From assembly GCA_041664165.1 (NCBI GenBank), contig JBAYLH010000002.1, positions 9,665 to 73,664 on the forward strand: a stretch of 64,000 bases of DNA, in the 5' to 3' direction. Position 1 is the stretch's first letter. Every line of letters starts with the position of its first letter. A model generated the notes under the pieces. That model saw only the letters and a list, made by a program, of their open reading frames with translations, was not told the origin of the DNA and made no database searches. The translations under genes were made by a program, and so were the position numbers. Of the stretch, positions 38,242 through 47,288 are shown in pieces. The DNA is from Candidatus Buchananbacteria bacterium. GTDB lineage: Bacteria > Patescibacteriota > Patescibacteriia > Buchananbacterales > UBA6539.

Positions 38242-39429
38242 TTATTTTAAAACTTGTTTAATTTTTTCCACTTGGGTCGGCCAGTCGAATTGGCTGGTAA
38301 CTCTTTCTAGGCCTTGGAGTCCCAATCTTTCAGCGTAGGAACGGTCAGACAAAATTTTGATTGCCGCTTGGGCCATTTCATCGATGCTGGCCGGGTCAAT
38401 TAAAATACCGGTTTGGCCATCCAAGACCGCTTCTGGTACTCCCCCGCTTTTGCCGCCGATCACCGGTTTGCCGAATGAATTGGCTTCCAAAAAAACAATG
38501 CCAAAGCCTTCAACGTCGCCGTTAGGCAGCTGTCTTGAAGGCATGGCGAAAACATCGCAATTTTGGTAGAAAGCGGCGGTTTCTTCTTTCTTTTTGGCGC
38601 CTAAAAAAGTCATATAATCGCGCAACTGGTATTGATTGACTAAATTTTCCAAAGTTTGCCGGTATGGTCCATCGCCGATAATGACGTACATTACCGCTGG
38701 CAGCTGTTTAATTATCTGGGGTAAAGCTTTAATCACCAAGTCGTGGCCTTTTCTTTCGACCAGCCGGCCGACGCTTAAAATAATTTTTTTGCCATCAAAA
38801 TGGTAGCGGTGAAAAATTTCATCGGCTTTCCAACTGGAGCTGGCTGCCGGCGTAATTTCCGGACCCGGATAAACCACGGTAATTTTTTTGGCATCGGCGC
38901 CAAGCCTGACTAATTCGTCGTTAGTCCAGTGGCTATTGGCGATAATGGCGCTGGCACCAGCAATGATTTTTTTCAACAAAGTTTTTTTCCGTAAAAATTT
39001 TTGGGGTAAAGTAAGATCAAGGCCGTGGGCATAAAAAAGATAAGGGATTTTTTTTCTTTTTTGGTAGGCCAAGGCGACGGTGCCAATCGGCAGAACCTGG
39101 CCGACTTGGATTATTTCGATGTTGTGGGTCTTGGCGATTTTAGCCATATACCGGATAATCGACAGCCACTTGATGCTGGCGGCTAATTTAAAAATGCCAA
39201 ATAAACTAGCCGGCCAGACTTGGGGAAAATTGGTAATTAGTTTTTTGCGGATAATGGGAAAATTTTGCTGGCGGTCAAAAGCCTCGGCGCCGGGCTGGTT
39301 TGGCGCCAAAACCACGATTTTATCGGCTGGGAGGTTTTTGCAGACATTGTAATAATAGCTCGCCACGCCGCCGAATCGGGGCGGAAAGTCCAAGGTGATT
39401 AATAAGCTTTTTTTGATTTCTGAAGCCAT
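38242..39429 (-). CDS. Glycosyltransferase family 4
   Basis: DFPP..GG, VGRLVERKG, EGFGIVFLEA, GGVPEAV. Confidence 0.93.
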   Translation of the reverse strand: MASEIKKSLLITLDFPPRFGGVASYYYNVCKNLPADKIVVLAPNQPGAEAFDRQQNFPIIRKKLITNFPQVWPASLFGIFKLAASIKWLSIIRYMAKIAKTHNIEIIQVGQVLPIGTVALAYQKRKKIPYLFYAHGLDLTLPQKFLRKKTLLKKIIAGASAIIANSHWTNDELVRLGADAKKITVVYPGPEITPAASSSWKADEIFHRYHFDGKKIILSVGRLVERKGHDLVIKALPQIIKQLPAVMYVIIGDGPYRQTLENLVNQYQLRDYMTFLGAKKKEETAAFYQNCDVFAMPSRQLPNGDVEGFGIVFLEANSFGKPVIGGKSGGVPEAVLDGQTGILIDPASIDEMAQAAIKILSDRSYAERLGLQGLERVTSQFDWPTQVEKIKQVLK

Positions 39430-39430
39430 A

Positions 39431-40867
39431 TTATTTTTTCAGGCCTTTTTTGGCTAACTCGGTAAATTCTTCCCAGGTAAAACCTTTGAATAAATAAAGG
39501 CTGGCGAAATAGACAATCGCGCCGAAAGGCACGGAAATTAGCAGATTAAAATAGGGTTTGATTGCCAAGATGGCGGCGATCATAACCAGGCACGCCAGCG
39601 TTGATTTAAAAACTATCTTGGACAAATGCCAGTCATTTAGCGGAATAACTTTTCTCACCCACCATAAGTCCATAAAAAGCAAAATGAAATTAGTGATAAA
39701 AAAAGTAATCCCCGCGCCGAGGTAGCTTAAAACCGGAATTAAAATAATATTTAAAACTACGGCCAAGGTGGTAATAATTCCGCGGTTAATCGTCGTAACT
39801 TTCTGCCGGTCGCAGGCATTGAGCAGATAGCCGGTGGGAAAAGCCAAGAAAATAAAAGGAATCGCCAGGCTCATGGCAAAAAAAGTCGGAATGACATCGT
39901 GGTAGCTGGGCCAAATGGTGTCAATAATATCTGGAGCCAAAGCGATAATACCGGCGGCCAGCGGCAAGCTGGCAATGGTTAAATAGCTGAAAGCCTTGTT
40001 AAAAGTTTTGGCCAGCAGTTCTTTGGAATTAACGTAGTAAAAACTGAACGCCGGAAAAATTACCGCGGCAAAAGCCGCCGGAATTACCTGCTGCAGGGCG
40101 TAAACCACTTTGGCCGGTACGGCATAAAATCCGACCGCTTCTTCCGAACTCAGGTAGCCGAGCAAAACCGAATCGGAAGCGTTATAAATTTTGATAAAAA
40201 TGCCGGCCAAGGCAAAAGCCGGGATGATTTTTAAAAAATGCTTAACGACTTTTTTGTCATACCTGGGAGCCAGGGAGAATTTGAGTTTGATTTTCAATAA
40301 ACTTAGAGAAAGCAAAAAATTAAATGAGCTGGCCGCGAGCAAAGCCATTATCAGATAGCGGACTTGGCCGGTGGTTTTTAAAGCGATTAAACCTAAGGTA
40401 AAAATTATCAGCTGAACTAAAATCGTGGCGATACTCTCGTACTTCATGATTTGCCGCGCGCGGAAAATTACCCAAAAAGTCAGGGAAAACGAATCTAAAA
40501 CCATGATGAAGCTGGCTAAAAAAACCAAAACTATGCTTTCGGCTGATTTGGCGGTGAGACTGATGGTAATCAAGGCCGCGCTGAAAGCCAAAACCGCCAA
40601 AGGAATTTTTAAACCGATGATGTTTTTTAAATAAAGATTGGCTTCGGCTTGGCTTTTTGACGCTTCTCGGGTCAAAACCGGCGATAAGCCCAAATCGACA
40701 AAAATTGAAAAAATCGTGGTGAAAGACAAGGCAAAAACATATTGACCCAGCTGGCCGGGAAAAAGACTATTGGAAATAAACCAAAAATAAATAAAAGCCA
40801 GAATTTTCTGGAAGGTTAAGGCGGCGGTGTAATAAGTGGTATTTTTGGTTAAGCTGGCTTTTGGCAT
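39431..40867 (-). CDS. Polysaccharide flippase (Wzx/MOP family)
   Basis: Many TMs; DLGL...LTRE, D.VLLG, VGFY, LN.ILIP..SYLGA. Confidence 0.88.
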   Translation of the reverse strand: MPKASLTKNTTYYTAALTFQKILAFIYFWFISNSLFPGQLGQYVFALSFTTIFSIFVDLGLSPVLTREASKSQAEANLYLKNIIGLKIPLAVLAFSAALITISLTAKSAESIVLVFLASFIMVLDSFSLTFWVIFRARQIMKYESIATILVQLIIFTLGLIALKTTGQVRYLIMALLAASSFNFLLSLSLLKIKLKFSLAPRYDKKVVKHFLKIIPAFALAGIFIKIYNASDSVLLGYLSSEEAVGFYAVPAKVVYALQQVIPAAFAAVIFPAFSFYYVNSKELLAKTFNKAFSYLTIASLPLAAGIIALAPDIIDTIWPSYHDVIPTFFAMSLAIPFIFLAFPTGYLLNACDRQKVTTINRGIITTLAVVLNIILIPVLSYLGAGITFFITNFILLFMDLWWVRKVIPLNDWHLSKIVFKSTLACLVMIAAILAIKPYFNLLISVPFGAIVYFASLYLFKGFTWEEFTELAKKGLKK

Positions 40868-40868
40868 A

Positions 40869-40977
40869 CCCCGTAGTATAATTTTGACATTAAAATTGCA
40901 TCTTTATTATTTTTTATCAATATTTCCCGTATGGACTTTATTACTGGAGATAAATTAGTCAAAATTTCACTACGGGG
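40869..40977. repeat. MITE/REP-like element with 20-bp terminal inverted repeats
   Basis: CCCCGTAGTATAATTTTGAC / GTCAAAATTTCACTACGGGG (18/20 match). Confidence 0.7.
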
Positions 40978-41067
40978 CATGGTTTAATTATACTGAATTT
41001 TGGCGATAAAAAAAAGCCCTTTCGCCAGACTTCCGGTTAGAAATCTTTTGAAAGGGTTAAGCTCGGT

Positions 41068-41223
41068 CTAACCCGCGATGGGCCAAAACCAAGCATTCAC
41101 GAAGGCACCATGCAGCCACTGGGTGAAGTTGCCGGCGCTGACAAACATTGACAGTCCTCCGTCCAGAATACCCCACCAGAGGTTTTGGAAAAAGCCGAGG
41201 AAAAAGTATGTCAATATGTCCAT
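41068..41223 (-). CDS. Trp/Phe-rich small protein (51 aa), not in ORF track
   Basis: SD AAAGGAGGTGA; MDILTYFFLGFFQNLWWGIL...WFWPIAG; terminator follows. Confidence 0.65.
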   Translation of the reverse strand: MDILTYFFLGFFQNLWWGILDGGLSMFVSAGNFTQWLHGAFVNAWFWPIAG

Positions 41224-41261
41224 GATTAATTCACCTCCTTTGAAGGAACGTTATTTCAGTA

Positions 41262-42677
41262 TTACCGCCGAATAAGCCAGGCTGGATCAAAACGGCAGTA
41301 AACAACTTGGTAGTTGTCGGTTTGACTGCGGACATAGGCGATGTGGGCATTACCGGAGACATCCGTAGTGATGGCGGGCGGAAAAGTGCCTAACTCGCCG
41401 ATTGCGTCGCCTTCCCAGGAATCCAGTTTTACAGCCTGCCATTCGCCGTTCAAGTTGGTGGCATAGTAGAGGTAGTAGTCATAGCCGCCGTCGTTTTTGT
41501 CAACGCAGATTTCAAAGGCGAGATGCAGGTAGCCGGCGGCGTCAAGGACAATTCCGTCGCGGTCAAAGCGCGGCGTGAAAGTAATCCCTTCCAACATGGC
41601 GGCAAAGATCTTGTCGTCGATCCAGATACCGCCAATCCGCGAGGCCAGTCCTCCGTCGTGGAGGATGTAAAGCTGGTCTTGCGAACCCATGACGGCAGCA
41701 GTTTTGGAATAGCTGGTAATCGCGTCAATCGTCTGGATATCCCAGGTATCGGGTTTTTCTGTCGCCAGTCGGACGTAGCCGTTGCCGGAATAAACGATGT
41801 TTGTTTTTCCGGCGGAGTCAATCATGATTGACGTCCCGACCCAATAGACGCTGCCGCCATCGACTTCTTCCGAGAGCCAACTACCGGAGGCATTGGTGGC
41901 ATAGCGCAGGTTATCGCCGCTCCACTGCCAATAAGACAGATGAGGCTTATTAGCCGCATCAATGGCAATATCGCATTCCAGTCCGGAGCTGGGGCTTCGG
42001 TCAATGTCTTGGTCGGTCCAGTGGCCGGTAACATTTGTGGCATAGACGACGTTTTCGCCCGCGCCGTTGCCGCCGGTGGCGCAGATGTGGACTTTGTCGT
42101 TATTGTCTATCGCGATGGCGCTATAAGTGCCGAAGGCGTAGTTGACCCAATCCTTTTTCATCTGCCATTTGCCGGAAGCGTTGGTGGCGTAGGCCAGGTG
42201 GCGGAGATAAGAACCGTCGTTATCCGATAGCCGGTAAACCAGATGAACCTTGCCTTGACTATCCGTGGCAATGGCCGTGTCTTCGCGGAAGTTACCGGCC
42301 TCGTCGATTAAGACTGCCGTCAGGCCGCAAGGCAAGGTGATTTCCTGGACGGCCAAGTCGGTCAGTTCTTGCGAAACAAAGACGGCGATAACATTTTGGT
42401 TTTTGGTCATCGCGACGGTGGTCGGGTTGGCGTAGTTATCACTAATTTCGCCCTCCCAATGGTCAAAAACCCAATCAGTTGCCGCTTGCGCCGTCGCCGT
42501 CAAAGTAACAACGGTGCCGGCAGCGTAGAAGCTTTGGTTAGGACTAGCCTGAGCCGTACCACTGTCGGCCGGATTGACGCTCAAAGTGAGCATGTAGGTT
42601 TTGGGCGGTGGACAGCCCAGGTTCATCAGTGCTGCCAGGATGACGATTAACGCGGAACTTAACAGATTTTTATTCAT
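41262..42677 (-). CDS. Lipoprotein with InlB B-repeat-like domain and beta-propeller repeats
   Basis: Lipobox LGC-PPP; VTLTA..W.FDHW.G; repeated IAID..G..H..Y / YATN.SG.W. Confidence 0.8.
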   Translation of the reverse strand: MNKNLLSSALIVILAALMNLGCPPPKTYMLTLSVNPADSGTAQASPNQSFYAAGTVVTLTATAQAATDWVFDHWEGEISDNYANPTTVAMTKNQNVIAVFVSQELTDLAVQEITLPCGLTAVLIDEAGNFREDTAIATDSQGKVHLVYRLSDNDGSYLRHLAYATNASGKWQMKKDWVNYAFGTYSAIAIDNNDKVHICATGGNGAGENVVYATNVTGHWTDQDIDRSPSSGLECDIAIDAANKPHLSYWQWSGDNLRYATNASGSWLSEEVDGGSVYWVGTSIMIDSAGKTNIVYSGNGYVRLATEKPDTWDIQTIDAITSYSKTAAVMGSQDQLYILHDGGLASRIGGIWIDDKIFAAMLEGITFTPRFDRDGIVLDAAGYLHLAFEICVDKNDGGYDYYLYYATNLNGEWQAVKLDSWEGDAIGELGTFPPAITTDVSGNAHIAYVRSQTDNYQVVYCRFDPAWLIRR

Positions 42678-42999
42678 TTCTGCCTCTCCCATGTTTAGCC
42701 GTTATGGCTTATCGAAGTCAAAGAGCGCCAGTAATTCTGGTCTTTTAGGCTTAGCACCGAAAGGTAATTTTGTCAATCTGGTTCTAGATCCTGGTTTTAG
42801 TCACGAAATTGGATCTGAATCAGGAAATTATTTCATAGGTTATTTTAGGTAATAATTTGTTGCTTGCTGCGCCGGATCTGAGCCGCCGGACTAAAGTCCG
42901 GCTTGCGGTGGCTTGGCTGTTGAATGGTTGAAAAGGAAAAAATCTCGGCCACGGAGAGCAGTGGCAAATTGGATTTCTGAAATCTGAAAGGAGTAACGC

Positions 43000-43665
43000 A
43001 TGGACGGAGGAGGTATTGCTTCTTGGTTCCTTGAACAAGGTCGTAGGCATCCCTACGGAGCGGTTGCTGACAAGCAGATTGCGCGTCTGCGCGAGCGGCT
43101 CGGCGAACTCGTCGCAAGGGGCAAGGTCGCCCAAGAGCAGGTTGATGCGATTATCGCCTGCTTGAAATCCAAGCGCGAGGCGGCAGTTGACGCGGTTATG
43201 GCTGCGTCAATTCCTGATGGCCACTTGCCGCTACTGGCTGTTGTCAGTAAGGAATCCTTGGCTGTCAGCATCCAGATGCCGATGGTCAAGCATGGCGATG
43301 AGATCGGTGTCAGTCATCTGACCGACGACAATTTCACCGACGGGATTGGCTCACGCAAAGATATTGCCTGGTGGGCCATCGATGTCGAAAACGGCAAGCA
43401 GTTTTGCGATGGCAAAACCTCGTCGAAAGACGATGAAGCCATCATTACACAACAAGGCCGCATTTGTTGCGTGGTAGCCGAAGCTATTGCGTTGGGCATT
43501 CACGACAACGTATTGGAACACCATAACGTGTTAGCACCCGGATCGCGGTACAATAACGAGGTGCCCGACCTGTGTCTAGACGACGTCAGGCCAGCGATTA
43601 GCTGCTACCTTTTCGGATATGCCATTGTCAAGTGGGGCACGGCGTCGTTGAGAAAGCGGGTCTAA
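43000..43665 (+). CDS. DUF5701-like protein, possible DGR target
   Basis: SD AAAGGAG; IDVENG, EAIAL, GSRY..VP.L.L...P, WG.AS (family recognised by eye). Confidence 0.65.
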   Translation: MDGGGIASWFLEQGRRHPYGAVADKQIARLRERLGELVARGKVAQEQVDAIIACLKSKREAAVDAVMAASIPDGHLPLLAVVSKESLAVSIQMPMVKHGDEIGVSHLTDDNFTDGIGSRKDIAWWAIDVENGKQFCDGKTSSKDDEAIITQQGRICCVVAEAIALGIHDNVLEHHNVLAPGSRYNNEVPDLCLDDVRPAISCYLFGYAIVKWGTASLRKRV

Positions 43666-43686
43666 CATCGTTCTTTCTGTTTTCTC

Positions 43687-43732
43687 GAGGGGTGGATCGC
43701 TATCATGTGCGAAATACCCCTCTTCTTTTTTT
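43687..43732 (+). terminator. Intrinsic terminator
   Basis: GAGGGGT...ACCCCTC plus T-run. Confidence 0.7.
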
Positions 43733-43857
43733 ATGAAAATATTGATTTACAATCGAAATTGCAGTTTTTTTGGCTATCAGGCTAATACAAAAAAACCGCC
43801 AGTAAGTCGGCTCGGCGGTCAACACAAGTGTTGGTCTCCAGCTTGGTTGGCGGAGAA

Positions 43858-43923
43858 CCCGCTTCGACTCACGTTAAGCGGGCGGTTGAATCGAGGCGAG
43901 CCCGCTTCGACTCACGTTAAGCG
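43858..43923. repeat. 23-bp direct repeat pair
   Basis: CCCGCTTCGACTCACGTTAAGCG at 43858 and 43901, 20-nt spacer. Confidence 0.85.
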
Positions 43924-43998
43924 AGGTGAACAAAACTTGTTTTTGTAATATTAGCCTTGGCGCTAGCGCAAATGTTGGTTTCCGCCAGACGGTGTATT

Positions 43999-44463
43999 TT
44001 AGCGGTTCAGGTTCCAAATTGTATAGGTTAGATAAGCGGCAAAGCTGACCCAGCCGGCATAAGGTAAAAGCAAAATGGCGGCGGCGAGCGAAAACGGCCA
44101 GATTAAAATAACCAAAGCGATGACGGATAGTCCCAAAAGTCCGGCTTCAAAAGCAGCCGGGCCGAGCAGGTGTAAGCCGAAAAATAAATAACTCCAGAAA
44201 ATATTTAGGCCGCCGTTAATAGCGAACAAAATAATTATCAGCCAGAAATTTTTTTGGTCGAAATGCCGGTTCCAGACGATTAAAACGGAAATCATGGTCA
44301 AGATAAAAATGACGGTCCAAACCGTGCCAATGACTGATCCGGCCGGCGTGTAGCTGGGGAGCTTGATTTTGCTATACCATCCCAGGCCGCCATTAGTGAT
44401 AAAACTGCCCCAGGCGCCAACGGCAAAAACCGCCAAGGGAATGAGCAGGTAGTTTAGTTTCAT
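43999..44463 (-). CDS. tspO: TspO/MBR family protein
   Basis: WY..I..P..TP, LN..WSYLFFG, LLPYAGWVSFA.YL. Confidence 0.92.
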   Translation of the reverse strand: MKLNYLLIPLAVFAVGAWGSFITNGGLGWYSKIKLPSYTPAGSVIGTVWTVIFILTMISVLIVWNRHFDQKNFWLIIILFAINGGLNIFWSYLFFGLHLLGPAAFEAGLLGLSVIALVILIWPFSLAAAILLLPYAGWVSFAAYLTYTIWNLNR

Positions 44464-44467
44464 ATTT

Positions 44468-44683
44468 TTAAAAATAAAGCGAGAGGCCTAAAATCGCGTG
44501 AGCCAACCCGACGATAATGGAAATCCGCGCCAGCCAAATATGAGCTTTAAGCGGAATTTTTTTGCCTTTTAAAATCAGCATTCCCAGTATCGCCACGGTG
44601 ATAAAAAGTAAAAGAGTAACGAAACCGCCATACATAATCAGCGGTTTGCCTAAAATCGGATAGAAAGCGATTTGTCTGAGCAT
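44468..44683 (-). CDS. Small membrane protein with two His residues
   Basis: Hydrophobic; AHIWLA..LAHAILG. Confidence 0.65.
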   Translation of the reverse strand: MLRQIAFYPILGKPLIMYGGFVTLLLFITVAILGMLILKGKKIPLKAHIWLARISIIVGLAHAILGLSLYF

Positions 44684-44687
44684 AGGG

Positions 44688-45071
44688 TTATTTGACAATT
44701 ACGGTGCCAGTCATTGAAGGATGAAGTCGGCAGTGATAGTTAATCGTTTCTTTGTCGTTGAATTTAATCTTGGCGGTTTTGCCGGGATCAATATCGCCGG
44801 TATCAATCCGGTTATCAATCGTAACCGCATGGGCAGTCTGGTCGGAATTAGTCCATTGAACCGTATCGCCGGCGTTGATTTCAATTGTTTGCGGCTGAAA
44901 GGAAAAATTAGTGATATTAACTTCAACTTGCTTCGGCGCGATATTGGTATTGGCGTTTGCATTTCCTGCCGGCGTATTGGTATTGGCTGCGGGCGGCGTT
45001 GCGACTGAGCCGCAGCCGGCCAGCAGCAATGGGATAGACGCGACGGTGAGCAAGATTTTGATTTTTTTCAT
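44688..45071 (-). CDS. Cupredoxin/plastocyanin-like lipoprotein
   Basis: LAGC lipobox; F.P..I.I..GDTV.WTN.D..H; YHC.LHP.M.G.V.V. Confidence 0.9.
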   Translation of the reverse strand: MKKIKILLTVASIPLLLAGCGSVATPPAANTNTPAGNANANTNIAPKQVEVNITNFSFQPQTIEINAGDTVQWTNSDQTAHAVTIDNRIDTGDIDPGKTAKIKFNDKETINYHCRLHPSMTGTVIVK

Positions 45072-45084
45072 AAGTTTATAATTG

Positions 45085-45651
45085 TTATTTACAGACATGA
45101 TAATTTACCCCGGCATCGCCGCTAAAGCAATTGACCGCCTGGCAGGTTTTACCCGCTGAGCAATCGCTATCAGCCGTGCAGGTTTGGTAAGTAACGGTTG
45201 ACGGCGGGTTGGTACCGCAGGAGTTGCCGCCTTCCGGAGTCGGACCGCAAGGCGTTTCGACGCAGGTAACTTCAGTTTTTGCCCTTTGGCTTTTTTGGCA
45301 TTCGCCGCGAAAATAGGCCCATTCGTCGCATTTACTACCATCGGCAAAAACGCAGACTCCGGATTGGCTGCCATCATCAGCAGTCACGATCTGCGAATTG
45401 CCGCCATGATCTTTGCAGTAAACTGAGGCGGGATTAGCCAAGCCAGCGTTAGTATTAGTATCAATATTAGTGTTTTGGTCGGCTGTTGCCCCCGGGCAAG
45501 GCGTAGTCGGTTGACTGGCATCAGGGTGGCCATGTTTAACCCACTCGCCGCTAACGCAAATCCAGGTGTCCTCGCTGCCACGGATAAATAATAAAGCGCC
45601 GGCTAAAACCAGTAAAACAACAATCGCGATTAAAATATAGCTTTTTTTCAT
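45085..45651 (-). CDS. DUF333-domain secreted protein
   Basis: LANPASVYC...GG, G.C.F.DG..CDEWAYFRGEC; EDTWIC..GEWVKHG.P. Confidence 0.85.
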   Translation of the reverse strand: MKKSYILIAIVVLLVLAGALLFIRGSEDTWICVSGEWVKHGHPDASQPTTPCPGATADQNTNIDTNTNAGLANPASVYCKDHGGNSQIVTADDGSQSGVCVFADGSKCDEWAYFRGECQKSQRAKTEVTCVETPCGPTPEGGNSCGTNPPSTVTYQTCTADSDCSAGKTCQAVNCFSGDAGVNYHVCK

Positions 45652-45692
45652 AAAATTACTAAATTAAATATTAAACGGTGTCTATATAGGTG

Positions 45693-46706
45693 TTATTTAT
45701 TTTCCCTTAATTCTCCGGCTAATTGCCCGCAAGCGCCTTTAATATCGCTGCCGAATTTGTACCGCTGAAAAACCGTCACTCCGGCTTTCTCTAAAGTCAT
45801 TTTAAACTCTTTTATCGTTTTCGGCAAAGAGCCTTGAAACCTTTCAGTTTGGTTATAAGCAATCAAATTGACAAAATAAAGATGAGGCAGATATTTTTTT
45901 AAAATCAAAGCCAGTTCTTTGGCCTGTGCCGGTGAATCGTTGATGCCTTTTAACATCACGTATTCAATCATTAATTTGCGCTTGGTTTTTTTAAGGTATT
46001 CACCGGCCGCGGTTAAAACTTCGCTTAGCGGATATTTTTGGTTAATCGGCATTAAGCGCGAACGCAAAGTGTCGCTTGGCGAATGAATTGAAATGGCTAA
46101 GTTAATCTGCAAGGGGAAATCCGCTAATTTTTTTATCCCCTCGGTAATGCCGACGGTGGAAACCGAAATATGCCTGGCGCCGATACTGAATTTAGTCTGG
46201 TCATTAATAATTTTTATCGCTTTAGCTACCTCGTCAAAGTTTAAAAGCGGTTCGCCCATGCCCATAAAGACAATATTAGAAACTTTTTGGTTTTCCGGCT
46301 TCAAAAGCCTTTCAAAAACAAGCACCTGTTCGCAAATTTCATCAGCCGTTAAATTGCGCTTAAAGCCCAGCTGGCCGGTGGCGCAAAAATCGCAAGCCAA
46401 AGCGCAGCCAACTTGGCAAGAAACGCAAACCGTGTTGCGCGTGCCATGGCGCATTAAAACCGTTTCCGTGATTTCGCCGTCAGCTAAAGTGATCGCCGCT
46501 TTAATCGTGCTATTATCTGCCGATTTAAAAATTTTAGTTTTAATTTCCAAAGAACATTCTTTTTTTAAAAGATCGCGCAAGTCTTTGGGCAGGCTGCTGG
46601 CTTCATCCCAGGTCTCAATGAACTGGCTAAAAATCGCCTCGTTGATTTGTTTAAGGCGAAATTTCGGCTGCCGCTTTAAAATGTCTTCTAACTTTGTCAG
46701 GTTCAT
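45693..46706 (-). CDS. rlmN: 23S rRNA m2A2503 methyltransferase RlmN
   Basis: CVS.QVGC..ACDFCATG, MGMGEP, DI.GACGQL. Confidence 0.94.
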   Translation of the reverse strand: MNLTKLEDILKRQPKFRLKQINEAIFSQFIETWDEASSLPKDLRDLLKKECSLEIKTKIFKSADNSTIKAAITLADGEITETVLMRHGTRNTVCVSCQVGCALACDFCATGQLGFKRNLTADEICEQVLVFERLLKPENQKVSNIVFMGMGEPLLNFDEVAKAIKIINDQTKFSIGARHISVSTVGITEGIKKLADFPLQINLAISIHSPSDTLRSRLMPINQKYPLSEVLTAAGEYLKKTKRKLMIEYVMLKGINDSPAQAKELALILKKYLPHLYFVNLIAYNQTERFQGSLPKTIKEFKMTLEKAGVTVFQRYKFGSDIKGACGQLAGELRENK

Positions 46707-46717
46707 TTTAAAGAATT

Positions 46718-47197
46718 CTAATTTATAATTTTATGAAGCCACTCCCCTGTTTTTCGCCTGCTTTCTTCCGGGGTCTTCAGCGGCTCATTAAACAAAATTT
46801 CGCCGATAATTTCATTGCCAGCCAATTCTTTTTCTAAATTGGCCGCGGCTTTCCCCGGCGTGCCGCCATGGCATAAAAACAAAGCAATTTTTTTATCTTT
46901 GATTTTATTTTCGGCCAAAAAACTGCGAACCGCCGGCGCGAAAGTAAACGCCCAAACCGGCGTGCCTAAAAAGATCAAGTCATAGTCAGCCGGGTTTTTC
47001 GTTAATGGCAGCAGTTTCGGTTTGACTTTAGTCATCGACTGCCGGCCGCCCCAAAGGATTGTAACTAAATTATGGCCGGCCTTGAAGTCTTTTTCCGGCT
47101 TTAATGCTAAAATTTCCGCCCCGGATTTTTGAGCGATTTGTTCGGCAATAAATTTAGTATTACCCGTTAATGAGTAATAAATTACAATGGCCTTCAT
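46718..47197 (-). CDS. Flavodoxin-like protein
   Basis: YYSLTGNT, YDLIFLGTPVWA. Confidence 0.9.
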   Translation of the reverse strand: MKAIVIYYSLTGNTKFIAEQIAQKSGAEILALKPEKDFKAGHNLVTILWGGRQSMTKVKPKLLPLTKNPADYDLIFLGTPVWAFTFAPAVRSFLAENKIKDKKIALFLCHGGTPGKAAANLEKELAGNEIIGEILFNEPLKTPEESRRKTGEWLHKIIN

Positions 47198-47288
47198 AGT
47201 TTAATTCTAATTACGTTTTGAGATTGTCTCAACTGCCTTTTTATGGTAAAATTTAGTCTTAGATATAACACTTTTAATCTTAGCGTGC

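Noticed and set aside
43848-43870. tRNA 3' end (..CTCCGCCA on minus strand)
   Set aside because: No correctly placed T-loop or cloverleaf.
43858-43923. Possible mini-CRISPR array
   Set aside because: Only two 23-bp repeats with a 20-nt spacer that is itself repeat-like; no cas genes in the window.
46093-46728. 211-aa plus-strand ORF
   Set aside because: Antisense shadow of rlmN.
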